Below, one piece after another: positions 28,010 to 41,274 of a stretch of DNA of 64,000 nucleotides. The translations under genes were made by a program, and so were the position numbers. The stretch spans positions 131,998,001-132,062,000 of the forward strand of contig OZ024745.1 of assembly GCA_964016885.1 (NCBI GenBank), read 5' to 3'. Numbering within the stretch: the stretch's first letter is position 1; the number at the start of each line of letters is the position of its first letter. The stretch is from Eledone cirrhosa. Its lineage: Eukaryota. Under the pieces are notes generated by a model. That model saw nothing but the letters and a program-made list of their open reading frames with translations, was not told the DNA's origin and made no database searches.

Positions 28010-28231
28010 GTTGTTGTTGTTGTTATTATAATATTTAGTATCAATATCAAAAGAGAAAAGGAAATAGTAATCAATGAATAACATCAATCAAAGTAGCCCT
28101 AGAGGAATGGCAAATGATGTTAATCACAGTTGTAATTAAACTTGGAATTTGAACAAAAGAGGAAACTAAATATTAATAAACATTTAGTCCAGCCAACATA
28201 TTCAAATTCTACCAACTCAGCAATAATTTAT

Positions 28232-28478
28232 TTAATCCTTTTGATATTAAACTGCCTCAAACAAATCTAGTTTTCTGTTAAAAAACTGTTTATTTTCAAG
28301 TGCTTATATTTATCTAAAAACCTTCCATCAAAATTCTATATAAGAACCTTTATAAATTTGTGTTCCAAACAGCAAATTAATAACAATAAAATTAACCATT
28401 TTACTCTCTTAATTACTTTCAAAATTACTTGAAAATTATAAGGAATCTTTCATTAGAAATATGGTAACAAAAGCATTA
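28232..28478. mobile_element. Degenerate piggyBac-like MITE
   Basis: Similar to 50373-50612; bounded by TTAA. Confidence 0.5.
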
Positions 28479-29712
28479 AAAATAAAACAACCCAGTTTGA
28501 AATATATCATATTGAGTAGCTTACTGTTGGCAGAAAATATCTGTAATTGATATAAAGTGAAAAAGAACATTAATTCCCAATAAATGAGAAATAACTATTT
28601 CTTTTGATTAGACAGAAGATCAAATCTTATAAAGGAAGGTCAGAGTTGATGAAATGGACCTAGAACAATACTGACCTTTGTTTTATGGATGGGTGGAACC
28701 TGTTGAAAATTTGAACTAAAAATTTAAACAAGAAATAAAGAAAAGAAATACTGGAAGGTTTCTGGTCGGACACTCTATCTGCCATTGTTGCCAGCTCAGC
28801 TATAATTCATTAAATGAAAACAACTTCACAATTATGGAAAAAAACTCAATGGTGGGTAGCTTACTGTGTTTATTGACTAGCTATAACTGATACAAGAAGT
28901 GTGTGTGAGGATTATTAATTCCCAATAATAATAATAAAACAATAATAATGATGGTATCAATAATAATAATAATAATAACAATAATGACAACAATAACAGA
29001 GTAATCTCAGAAAACCATATTGATAACTGCTGAATAGTCTAAGAAATGCTTGTCAAGCAGGCTTCTGAAGACATGAAAGAGAATCAATAAAGTTGCCATT
29101 ATTGGCAAAGCATTTTATTCTTTTATATCATTTGCGAGATACAGCATCTAATTGTTATACTGATTCACTAGTTAACATTTTGTTTGTTGTGCAAAACTTT
29201 GGGGTTTTATTCCATTCCTCATTAGCAATTATATGTTTTATTCTGTTCACAAGTGGTATGGCTATAGTCTTTAAGATTGTGAGAATCACCATGAAAATAT
29301 ATCTCTGAATAAAACACAGATGAATAACGGAAACTATTAGCAATAGGAAGCTATTTACCATTTCTATATCTTTCTACTTCCTCGTCATCTCTTTCTTCTT
29401 CCTCTTTTCACCCTCTCTCTCTCTCTCTTTGTTTTTCTTCTCTCTTTAGAAAACTGATAATAGATGGAATCTCATCATATTCCCAACATCACACCGTTTT
29501 CCTTCATATACCACACCTTCAGTGAGGAAATATTTTATAACTTAACAATATCTAACCACTTGAAATAATATCTTCAAAAATTTCTTCAATTTTATTACCA
29601 AAGTTCCATATATTATATTATATTATATTATATCATATTTTGGTTTTGAATATTTGTTATCCTTATGGTTATTATTATAATAATAACCATGAGAATAATT
29701 ATTATTTATATA

Positions 29713-29721
29713 TTACTACTA

Positions 29722-29801
<80 letters not shown>

Positions 29802-29808
29802 GCTACTC
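29713..29808. repeat. (TAC)n microsatellite
   Basis: Directly visible. Confidence 0.9.
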
Positions 29809-29903
29809 CATTATTCCTCTATGGCAAATAAAGAAATTATTTGTGCTGTTTAATGTTGTTGCTATTTTTGTTGTTTAAAAATATCATTATTTTTTTTATT
29901 GCC

Positions 29904-29940
<37 letters not shown>

Positions 29941-30010
29941 TTTCTTTATTAACCACAAGGGTTTACACAAAGTAGACATTAAGGACAGTACAGAACAATA
30001 ATAATAATAA
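29904..30010 (-). mobile_element. ~60-bp 3' stub of the Tx1 element embedded in (AAT)n
   Basis: Reverse complement of 27890-27955, with AAT repeats on both sides. Confidence 0.85.
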
Positions 30011-30074
30011 CATTGTTTTTGTTATATTTTTGTTATTGTTACTATCTTCCTCATTGTCATTCTCAACAGTGTCA

Positions 30075-30360
30075 ACACAACCACCACCACTACCACCACC
30101 ACCACTACCACTAACGCTGCTAACACCACCATTAACACCACCGCCACCATCACCACTAACACCACCACCACCACCATTAACACAACCGCCACTACAACCA
30201 CCACCACCACCACGACTACCACTAACGCTGCTAACACCACCACCACCATCACCACTACCACCACCACCTCCACCGTTAACACTACCACCACTACCACCAC
30301 CACCACCACTACCCCCCCCCCCCACACTACCACCCCACCACCACCACAGCAACAACTACT
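30075..30360. repeat. Degenerate (ACC)n repeat
   Basis: Directly visible. Confidence 0.85.
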
Positions 30361-30474
30361 ATCATCTTTAACACCATTGAAACAAGTCCCAGTGTCATTT
30401 CATACCTCCCATTGTTATATTAAGATTCTATAAGTATATTTACAACTTTAAATTTTCTATCATATATCAAAAAG

Positions 30475-30562
30475 ACGCACACACACACACATACACACAC
30501 AGAGACACACACAGACACACACACGCACACACACACACGCACACACACACACGCACACACTC

Positions 30563-30617
<55 letters not shown>
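30475..30617. repeat. (CA)n microsatellite
   Basis: Directly visible. Confidence 0.9.
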
Positions 30618-30619
<2 letters not shown>

Positions 30620-31359
30620 AAGAAAACTATAAACAGTCTTGTATATCATGAAAAGTTATGTGATAAAAGAAATCAGCAAAAATCCATTTATGTTTCAAAC
30701 ACTAAAATAAACTAAATTTCAATATTAGAAACAAACAATAGCGAAAGTTCTATTGTGTTGGAAGAGAAGAATACATGACTAAATTAAAGAAAAATGCCAT
30801 ATTTGATTTACTCTCAGAGAAATGAACTTGTTAAGCATCCAAAAACAACTTATTCTGACTGAAATAATGTTCTGATAGATATTAAACCAGAAATAGTTGA
30901 TTCTTTGAGAATTAAGCATCCTAAACATTAATCTTCTGTCCACTTTAAGAATAATGGCTATGGTATTTGATTAACAATATTTGATCAAAGGACATACATA
31001 GCTTGGAAATGACAAACAGATATCTAGAGTCAGAACAGTATCTTGAGGATAATACACAAAAGTGCACTTTTGTGTATTATCAATATGTTGAATACCTTAT
31101 CCAAATATTGTATTACTTAGTAGAAAAATGTTGTTTGTAGTGGGAGGGGGTAAGGCATTGGTCTACATATACAGCATGGGTCACAAGTTCACTCCTGCCT
31201 CTAGCATTTCTCCCCAGAATCATTTATTCTACATTCATTCATATTATAACATACCTGTTGACTATAGATACCAGATAAATCTGAAAATATTTAGACTCAA
31301 AACAGAGCCATTACCATTTCTTAGGGATTCTAATTGTGATTACATGTAATAGTTTATAG

Positions 31360-32015
31360 CTTGTGAGCCCCAAGAGTACATTGTATAAACTTTCTAAGTA
31401 CTTTTTTTAGACAGAAGGTAACATAACATTAGAATATTGGTGTAGTCAGAGCTTTAAACGTTTAAATGACAGGTTGGGAAAGATTGAAAGAAAGTGGACA
31501 GTAGAGAACAATATCAAATAGAAGAAAAGATAGATGTTAGATATACTAAGCAATGAGGGAGGCAGAGGGTAAGAGATTTGATAATGTTCTCTGAAATGAA
31601 GTATTCCAGATTACAAGGCAAATATACTAGAGAGAATTGAGATGTCATTTTAAAAAGATGTGTACTGAATGATAATGCACACTTGCCTTTACTGGTGCCC
31701 CATAAGAAAGAATCATGTGAATGTAATTATAAGAGGTTATTGAATTAGAATGTATCAGGAAGAGTAGGCTTAAACCAAGTAGGCCCTACAGAGGGATCAG
31801 CAACTGAAACTGACAGCAGTATGTGCCACAAGTTTTATTATGGATATGAGGACAGGAAAGACAGTGGTCCATTAGAAATAGTTGTTGAGACATTGAAATA
31901 TCTGGAAAAGTAGAACATGCTCTAATGATTCACATTGTGAATGAGGAGAGCTGAGGAAGATGTCATTCCTGATATCAAACTGTTGGATTGGGTCATATGA
32001 GAGAGAGAGAGAGGG

Positions 32016-32067
<52 letters not shown>

Positions 32068-32220
32068 GGGTAACTATAGATGAAGGACTTAGCTAAGAGT
32101 GATTTCTTATATTTAGCCTTTGTCAACCTTGTGGTTGTTAAGGAAACTAGAAGAAGATGAATGGTTTGTGAGAGTTGTAACAGAGACAGAGTCAACAGGG
32201 TGAACATTAGGAACTAGGGA
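31360..32220 (-). mobile_element. Degenerate CR1-like LINE RT region
   Basis: Minus-strand traces such as PTLPDTF (for PxLFLIY) and FKALTTPIF (for YKALVRP); heavily decayed. Confidence 0.35.
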
Positions 32221-32634
32221 TCTATTGGTCATTACCTGCCCCAGGGTTTATTATAGTACAACAGAAGAATTTATGACCGTTTGTACATGGGAACTCTTGT
32301 ACCCTAGGGTTTTATATGTGAATGTAAAGAAGATTTAGAGAATAAATTCCACAAATAGAAGTAAAACCTAGAATTGAGAAACCCAAAAGTATACTCAGCA
32401 AATACTAAAGTTTTAGGTAAGAAGACTGTACTCTGCTACCAACAAGGAGGTGGCAATGTTTGATAAACAGAAAAAGAGTACATAGAGAGTTTTTATAATG
32501 TACTTGGTGTAAACTACAGACATATTAGAGGTGGTGCCAAGGGCTGGTATGACTGAGCTGGTCAATGGGGTGAGCTCCTGCTGACCTACAAAATGGCTCA
32601 AATAGGTTCTGTTTATCACCTCTGCCAACCAATA

Positions 32635-32939
32635 GTAGCAGCAACAACAACAGCAACAGCAACAACAATAACAATAACAGCCATCACTGCAGCAACCACC
32701 TCTACAACTAGCACAACAACAACAACAATAACAACAACAGCAACAACAGCAGCCATTGCCTCTGTGACCATCACTACCACCACTACTACTACCACCACCA
32801 CCACCACCACCACTACTACTACCACCACCACCACCACCACCACTACTACCAACTCCACCACCACTACCAGCACAACAACAGCAGCTGTCGCCGCTGCCAC
32901 CACCACTACCACCAGCACCAGCACCACCACCACTACCCC

Positions 32940-32975
<36 letters not shown>

Positions 32976-33042
32976 AAATACTGCAAGGCAGAAGATTCTG
33001 CCAATTGCCTGTCTCTCACAACAACAACAACCACAACAATAA
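32635..33042. repeat. Compound AAC/ACC/TAC trinucleotide repeat
   Basis: Directly visible. Confidence 0.85.
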
Positions 33043-33124
33043 TATTTCTAACATAGATATAAGTCCAGGAATATTGGAGAAGTAGCGACACAAATAGATT
33101 GAAGCACAGGACTAGAAGTTGTTT

Positions 33125-33314
33125 TATTACCCTTGGCGCTCAAATCATCCCAACTACACCAACATCAGACTCTTCCAACAATTCAACCAATCTTGCTATA
33201 TGGAAGTGAAACATGGACGCTTTCATCCAAACAACAAAAGCACCTTGATGGCACTTACTACTACTACTACTACTACTACTTCTACTACTACATCTACTAC
33301 TACTACTACTACTT

Positions 33315-33351
<37 letters not shown>

Positions 33352-33392
33352 TACTTTTAATACTACTACTATTACTATTACTACTACTACTT

Positions 33393-33429
<37 letters not shown>

Positions 33430-33456
33430 TACTTTTAATACTACTACTATTACTAT

Positions 33457-33510
<54 letters not shown>

Positions 33511-33875
33511 CTTGATGGCATCTACACTCGCCTGCTTCAGCGCCTTCAGAACATAAGCTGGCAACATCTGACTTTGAGAGAGATATATACCGGACCCCCA
33601 CGCATAACTGTCGTTGTATGTAAAAGGAGAGTAAGATTTGCTGGCCACTGCCATCGTGCCACCTCTGAGGTTGTGTCCCCATTAGTGCTTTAGAAACCAC
33701 AAGCAGTCACTAATAATAGGGGGCGCAAGCTCTCCTATCCCGATGTCATCTCCAGAGATTCAGATATTGAAATCCAGGACTTGGCAACGGCAATGAACGA
33801 CAGACCCACGTGGAGATCAATTGTTGAGTTGATTTCAGCTGAGGCCACTGGATGATGATGATGATGATGATGATG
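33125..33875 (+). mobile_element. RTE LINE 3' fragment interrupted by a (TAC)n insertion
   Basis: IQPILLYGSETWTLSSKQQKHLDG|..LDGIYTRLLQRLQNISWQ...RRVRFAGHCHR; (GAT)n tail. Confidence 0.85.
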
Positions 33876-34384
33876 ACTCTTGGAAGGATGAAAAGTAAAG
33901 TTGATTGCTGGGAGATTTGAATTCAGAACTTAAAGAACCAGATTAAACTGCACCAATTGTTTTATCAAAGACTTTAACAATTCTACCAAATCCCCACATA
34001 TTTTTTGACCTTGTTAATAAAGTAGGAATTAATAGGCATGTGTGTGAGCCAGCACCTTCATTTCATAGCAATTCTAATTCAACAGATATTGAAATATAAT
34101 ATCTAAGCCTATTCTAATCCGTGACTTAAAACACAAATACAAAATTGAGGTCCCAGAATTTGTAAAATAAAAAAAAAATTATAAAAATATTTCAAAAATT
34201 CTAACCTTAATATTTAATAAATTTTTACAACTTGAATTTTATTTGTTGATTTTATTTTCACATTTCCTAATTTTATTCATTTTTGAAAATATTGTATTTT
34301 CACACAGAAATTGTATTATTTGTGTTACTACATTGTTTTCTTTATAAATATATATATATACATTCATATACGTATATATATATA

Positions 34385-34518
34385 TAGAATGGAATATTTT
34401 TCTTTGTTTTCAAAATCTCTTTAGTTAGAATCCCTTTTGTAAATTTTGCTTAATTTTTTTAAAAAGATATATTAGAAACATATATGAAATACATATATAT
34501 ATATAATATATATATATT

Positions 34519-34596
<78 letters not shown>

Positions 34597-34865
34597 TATG
34601 TATATATATATATAAATATATGTATATATATATATAAATATATGAATATATATATAAATATATGTATATATATATATAAATATATGAATATATATATATA
34701 TATGTATATATATATATTATATATATATATATATATATGTATATTATATATATATATGTATTTCATATCTTTTTCTAATATATCTTTTTAAAAAAATTAA
34801 GCAAAATTCACAAAAGGGATTCTAACTAAAGAGATTTTGAAAACAAAGAAAAATATTCCATTCTA
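34385..34865. repeat. ~115-bp inverted repeat flanking a (TA)n-rich core
   Basis: tagaatggaatatttttctttg... and ...caaagaaaaatattccattcta are reverse complements. Confidence 0.9.
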
Positions 34866-35685
34866 AATATAATGGCCATGTCTTGTTTATTTCTTATTTT
34901 ATTTAAATTTTGGTTCCATAACAGCAGGAACTCTTCTGAGATACATACATACATATGTACATACATACATATGTACATACATGCATATGTACATACATAC
35001 ATATGTACATACATACATACATGCATACATATGTACACCCATACTAGCATGGAAAATGGACGTTAGATGATGATGATGATGATGATACATACATACATAC
35101 ATACATATGTACATACATACATATGTACATATACATATATATGAACATGCATGCATATATGCATACATACATATATACATACATACACATACACATACAT
35201 GCATACATAATACACACATACATACACACTATGTATACAAACATGCATCCTAATCTACATACATACGTACGTGCTTACATGAATGCTACATGAATATAAT
35301 CTCATACTACCAAGCAGTGAAGCACACTCTAACAAGTATACACATGTAGTCATTAAGACATATCTGTATCTATATTTATATATAAAGAATCAATCAGGCA
35401 TTTGAAATTTAGATTCATCGAAAATAAAAACAAAACATGAAAGGCTGTCATTTTCTATAACATTATTTATAATTTGTAATACAATATAGTAGGAGAAATA
35501 GGGGTGGGTGATGTCTTCCATATTATGGTGTATTACTGTATTACTGTATTACATGTTCCAGTTGAGTGGCTGAGGCCATGCTGGGCACCATTACTGACAT
35601 ATACTTTCATTCATTTATCTTCTAAGTTCAAATCACACTGGAGTTAACTATAACATTTATTTTGCCAAATGGTAGGGTTTTAGTT

Positions 35686-35868
35686 CATTAGTAGAGTGTA
35701 AACATCAAGTTTAATATAGAAATGGCTTCTACAGGACTAGAACTGTTTCATTCGGAGGGAATCATCAGGAAAGCACTTTCCTGACCTGATGATTTCTTTT
35801 GAATGAAACAGTTCTAGTCCTGTAGAAGCCATTTCTATATTAAATTTGCTGTTTACACTCTACTAATG
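35686..35868. repeat. Palindrome of two head-to-head arms with hammerhead-like motifs
   Basis: Arms 35686-35769 and 35785-35868; each reads cctgatgatt...gaatgaaacagttctagtcc outward from the centre. Confidence 0.8.
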
Positions 35869-36329
35869 TATTGAGCATCTTACGAACTGTGGTTACTCCT
35901 GATTGAACCTGGGACCCACACAAACACACACACACACATACGCACATATACACACACATACACACACACGTACACACACATATTTATACATATATATGTG
36001 CGTGTGTGTGTGTGTGCGTGTGTATATATTACCGATTTCAGACTGCAACCATGCTGGGGAACTGATGTGTATATACTTGAAGGGGAGTTGATAAAAACTT
36101 TCATATTATTGGGGAGGATGGAGTTCCCACCTTCGTGGCTAGAATTCTGAACACCTGAGTAGTTAATCAACACTTTTAAATATTGTAAATAGAATTTGAA
36201 GCACCTTATAGCCTCTGTACTCCAGCATAGTGATCCTGCTCCATTGAAATCTTTGTCGTTATTGAGTTCTTTTATAGCTTGGCACCATATTTGGGATGCA
36301 TCACAGAAATTCTTTATCTCCTCCTCTGC

Positions 36330-36660
36330 CTTCTTCTTCTTCTTCTCCTTCTCCTTCTCCTTCTCCTTCTCCTTCTTCTTCTTCACACACTTATTCCTGT
36401 AAGCGTCCTGGGGCAGAGGCCTCAAACACTCCTTCCAGCAGGTCCTGTCAGAAGCAACCATCTCCAACTGATCCTGCTGGATTCCCAAGTGTAACCATCC
36501 AAGCTCAGGGATGTTATCCAACCATCTTACTCAGAGTCTACCATACAGTCTCCAGCCAGTTGGTTTTGCCACTAAAATCTCTTCAGTGATTCTTTCCTGA
36601 GACATTTTAACCCCATGCCCGTAATATCAGAGCTGTTATCTCTCAACTCATTGGAACTCA
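36330..36660 (-). mobile_element. 3' end of an RTE-like LINE with a (GAA)n tail
   Basis: MDNIPELGW...ASDRTCWKECL peptide; homologous to 55708-56060. Confidence 0.7.
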
Positions 36661-37529
36661 ACCATAAATACTTTATTCTTTGTGTTACCTCTGTATATAT
36701 TGTAGTTTGCTGTGTTTGAGGAACTCACGAGACAGGGAGGTGTAACATCATTTAGGCCCCCCCCCCCCCACCCACCTTGCCCCACCATCTCTCACCAACT
36801 AAAACTTCCACTCACTTCATTCACCTTTCACATCTTCCTCGCCCACCTCATCTTAGCAAGGAAACATGATGTATCCCCACCATAATATGCCTCATGAAAC
36901 TCATATCCCTGATTCACCTATTTTTCGTCCAACCCATGCCATGGAAACCCAGGTACACCCACAATACACTGACAGACATCACTCTCTTCAATGTCACAAC
37001 CATGACTTGATATTTGCTCTATCACTGTGGGATAACTCCTTCCCTTGGCATGCAACATGTGTGTGTGATTGTGTAGGTATTTATTTGTGTGTGTACATGT
37101 GAGAGAGAGAGGGAGAAAGAGAGAGAGAGAGGGGAGAGAGAAGGAGAAAGAGAAAAAGAGAGAGAGGGAGAAAGAGAGAGAGAGAGGTGGGGAGTTTGAT
37201 GTGGTGTTTAGGTTTAAATAATAAATATAAAATATTTATCATTATGAAATCATTTTTATATGTATTGTATAATTGTCTAGCATTAGAAAGACAGACAGAC
37301 AGACAGAGAGAGAGATTTATTGTGTATAATTTTTCTCTTTTATTTCCATGTTGGGAATTTATCCTTACATCAATGATAGGATGTTGTCAAAGACATGTCT
37401 ATTTATTGATTATTATATTCTTAACTTTTAAGTAACTTATGGTTGTTCATATTTCACTGTGCATTTACTATGCATTATGTCTGAAACTATGTTGAATGTT
37501 AAAAATACTCAAGCACTTATGGAAATAAA

Positions 37530-37860
37530 GAGAAAGTGACGTCCAAACGAGTATTCTCCACCTCCAACTAACTTACCCTGCACCCCTGGGTCTCTGCCGA
37601 CAGGATGAAGAATACATTGCCCCAAAAGACAGCGAGGGAGACATGCTGGAACAGTCACTCCACCTCACGGGGCTAGCAACTGAGGGCAGTCAACTCTGCT
37701 CTGATGGCAGTAAGTAGGGATGTAGTCCAGAGACCAAGAACACCAGATATCTCCACTGCTACAAGTTCTACCACATACCTATCAGAGAGTGGCTAATACA
37801 GGTATTTAACTGATGTGGCCAAGATGTGTATATTTAATCTTACCTACAAGTGATATTTAA
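37530..37860 (-). mobile_element. CRE-like RLE non-LTR retrotransposon C-terminal relic
   Basis: VAVEISGVLG...*PREVE*LFQHVSLAVFWGNVFFILSA resembles the LFQRxSxAxxRGN terminal motif of CRE-type elements. Confidence 0.6.
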
Positions 37861-37864
37861 ATAT

Positions 37865-38110
37865 TACCAACCTCATATACTTGAATATAATCTGAGGAAT
37901 GGTAAAATGGGGCTCAGCTTATATTCAGATCAATCTTTTGACAGTTTTCACCAACTTCAAATTGTATGTAAATGAGCTGCTAAAATATGTGGAACAATTA
38001 TTTCACAATGAAACAATGTTTCCCTACATTTACTATATTGTCATCAGTTGTATATATGTATTGTCTCTAGAACATTCTCACAAAGTTTTATTATTTCAAC
38101 TTATTAATAT
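37865..38110 (+). mobile_element. 5' part of the pogo-like MITE
   Basis: Homologous to 8103-8360. Confidence 0.6.
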
Positions 38111-38123
38111 ATAAATATCTCCT

Positions 38124-38278
38124 ACATGTGAGCATAAACACATGTGTATATAAACACATGTGGACATAAACCCATGTGAACATAAACACATGTGAACATA
38201 AACACATGTGAACATAAACACATGGGGACATAAACACATGTGAACATAAACACATGTGGACATAAACACATGTGAACG
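38124..38278. repeat. 16-bp minisatellite (ACATGTGAACATAAAC), left block
   Basis: Directly visible tandem units. Confidence 0.9.
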
Positions 38279-39000
38279 TGACCTGGGCATTACTGTCACC
38301 AGCGATTTGCGTTGGACAAAACACGTCTCTAAGATTGTCAAGAAGGCCGAGGGTGTCTTGGCATCGGTCAGCAAGACCATTGTTAGCCGCTCTCCAGCCA
38401 TCTATTTAAAGCTGTATACAGCTATGGTACGACCACACTTGGAATTCGCATCACCAGTCTGGAACCCCTATCTTGCTCAGAACATTGACCTCCTGGAAAC
38501 TGTTCAGAGACGTGCAATCAAGCGCATACTCTCCAACAGACATCTACCATATTCTGAACGCCTTGCTTCCCTGGGGATGGATTCATTGAAACTCCGACGT
38601 CTGGCAATGGACTTGGTAAACACCCACAAAGTTATTAACCATCTCGCCAACAACAACCCTGAGCACCTTTTTGATCTCCATGTGTCTAACACGCGTGGAC
38701 ATGCCTACAAAGTCAGAAAACAGCACAGCTCTCATGACTTTCGGAAAAAAGCATGGAACAAACTGGCTGCATCAGTTGTTAGCTGCTGAGACACTGCATC
38801 CTTTAAAACCCTCATGCTTCCCGAAATTCAACAAAACTACACCTGATGTCCCCCTTCCATACACATGTGCACATGTGTATATCATGACTCATGCACTGTT
38901 CATTTTCCTGATGTTTATACATTACCCTATGTACTATACATACACTTTTGATGAGTTGTAGTGCACCTGAGCACTGTACACAATATTTTCATTATTATTA
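38268..39000 (+). mobile_element. 5'-truncated CR1 LINE (post-RT region plus 3'UTR)
   Basis: ERDLGITVTSDLRWTKHV...LYTAMVRPHLEFASPVWNP...LETVQRRA...TRGH..K...WNKL; (ATT)n tail. Confidence 0.9.
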
Positions 39001-39238
39001 TAAACACATGTGAACATAAAGACATGTGAACATAAAGACATGTGAATATAAAGACATGTGAACATAAAGACATGTGAACACAAAGACATGTGAACATAAA
39101 GACATGTGAACATAAAGACATGTGAACATAAAGACATGTGAACATAAAGACATGTGAACATAAAGACATGTGAACATAAACACATGTGAACATAAATATA
39201 TGTGAACATAAACACATGTGGACATAAAGACATGTGAG
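39001..39238. repeat. 16-bp minisatellite (ACATGTGAACATAAAG), right block
   Basis: Directly visible tandem units. Confidence 0.9.
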
Positions 39239-39239
39239 C

Positions 39240-39510
39240 CTTTTCACTCCTGTTTGAAGAACCCCTAGTTGAGCTCCACTGTTTTCCGTCATATCATGGG
39301 TTAGCCATATTCACCATGTTTGGCCAATTGTGTGTTGGTAAGGTTTATTTAACTGGAGTAGATGGCCGTTCACTCTGATGAGTTTATCCGCCCCTTTAAC
39401 AGCTCATTTTTTGTATTACTGGTGCTCCACTTACCCTCCTCACCAGACCAAGATCTGGTTGGGGAGCCAGTTTAGTCACCTACCACCCGACAGTTAAACA
39501 TGGTACCAAT
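39240..39510 (-). mobile_element. Possible RTE 5' region
   Basis: GC-richer island (gggtggtaggtgactaaactggctcccc...ggggcggataaactc) resembling RTE 5' UTRs; recognition only. Confidence 0.3.
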
Positions 39511-40678
39511 AGCAGGTAGATATACCCCATATTACATATTTTCAGGATACACACTTATTTTTATATATTTGCATATAGCCATTTATGTGCAATATATCAA
39601 AAGATATGCTTTAACATGTATGTAGGCATAATTCTCCTATTTATTACCATCTCCACAATTAACCTGTCTCAGTTATACATCATCTATGAAATAGCTCTAT
39701 GAAATTTCATATTATTTCCACCATTATTCTCTAAAATAGTATATGACCTTTATAATATTTCATCATATTTCTTTACTTTAATTTTCCATAGTTTAATGAC
39801 TTTATACAGTTATTTACCCTATTTTTTGTTCTTTTTATTCTAACAAAAATTAAGGTATGCGAAACTAATTTAATTTAATAATATTTTTCAGCATCTTGAG
39901 GTATCTCATTTTTAGTTAACGAATTCACTGGTCATTTATGTTTCCTTGCTGTTTATGCTCCCAAACTTGTGTAAATTAAACAAATTTAATATTTAATAGT
40001 ACTTAATGATATTACTCAAGCATTTAAAGGTTTTCTCCAATTTTGTATAATTTAATAATATTATGCTGCCATCTAACCATTTCATCATCTTGTATAGTTT
40101 TAATATCCTGTAGCCTAACCAATACTTTTATGATGATTCACCTTATTTTTGCTTTTCTCAAAACAAATTAAGGTACACTAATTTAATCATATTTTTCCTG
40201 TATCCAAAGATTTCTTTCACATTTATAGTTAAACAAATTCAAATTTTGATCTTTTACCAGAATTTGTTTTCTTTTCACTTCAGCTAAGGCAGGTGAAACA
40301 TATATATATTGTTATGAAAATTAAAGAGCCATTTCCAATTTCACGTAATTAAAATTTTTTGTTATTTAATGAAAAATGTTCTAATCTACAGCTACACTTA
40401 AGGCCATTTACTGTCACACACTAAAACAAACATTTCATTTAATATTACAATAAGGTTTCTCAATTTACTCAGCTTCTTTAAATATAAATGGCTAACCATT
40501 GTATTTTCCTTTAGTCTTTATGTGGAGAAAGAGTTTAGCAGCTTTAATTTCACCCCCCCCCCCCCTACATTTTCTCTTCCTCGTAATTTTCTTTTTTCTT
40601 TTCTTTTTCATGTCAATGATTTAACACATATACAAGCAGTTTTGAAAAGTTGCACACACAGACACACAAATATGTATA

Positions 40679-41038
40679 TATCGCTCATATACATGAAACT
40701 GACAGGCCTATCTGCTGATATGCAAATCTGGCTGATCAGTGGGTCTGCTAATATGCAAATCAGGCTGATCAGTCACTGGATATTTAAGAAAATATCATAT
40801 ATTTTCACTAGCTCTGACAGATGGCAGGTAAGCAGTAAACTGTACTGATGAAGGGTAATCACCCAGAAGCATTAGTGTCTGCAGTTCTGTTTACATGCCA
40901 ACACAAAAGCATGAATAATGAGGTCATTCTACTGACATGGCTTACAGACGCTGTGTGCATGATTGCAAACGAATCGAATATTATTATTAATATTTGAAAA
41001 CTCAGATTATATTTATTGTATTCAGCCATGTAGAGTGA
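40679..41038 (+). mobile_element. Octamer/hammerhead repeat unit, copy 1 (Penelope-LTR or retrozyme-like)
   Basis: ATGCAAAT at 40720 and 40753; hammerhead-like motif at 40838-40886 with a GAAG core variant; direct homolog of 41583-41984. Confidence 0.65.
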
Positions 41039-41060
41039 TAAACTATTTGTTAGTGATATA

Positions 41061-41119
<59 letters not shown>

Positions 41120-41274
41120 TACATATACATGTATATATATATCGATCGACAAGATCCCAGCCCTACTTCACTTAATGAGTGGGGTGGAGCTTGTCAAATC
41201 GGACCAAGGAAACAATGATTCCATTGGTCTTTCCAATTGCTAATACTATCTGTCGGTCGCAACGCTATTCACCA

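Larger units (their letters stand above)
21935..28025 (+). mobile_element. Full-length L1/Tx1-type non-LTR retrotransposon with inactivating mutations
   Basis: 5'UTR, ORF1 with zinc knuckle, ORF2 APE-RT-zf, 3'UTR, AATAAA and (ATT)n tail; GC-richer than the flanks. Confidence 0.92.

Noticed and set aside
35880-36521. 213-aa ORF
   Set aside because: Chimera of an RTE 3' end, its GAA tail, unrelated sequence and a CA repeat
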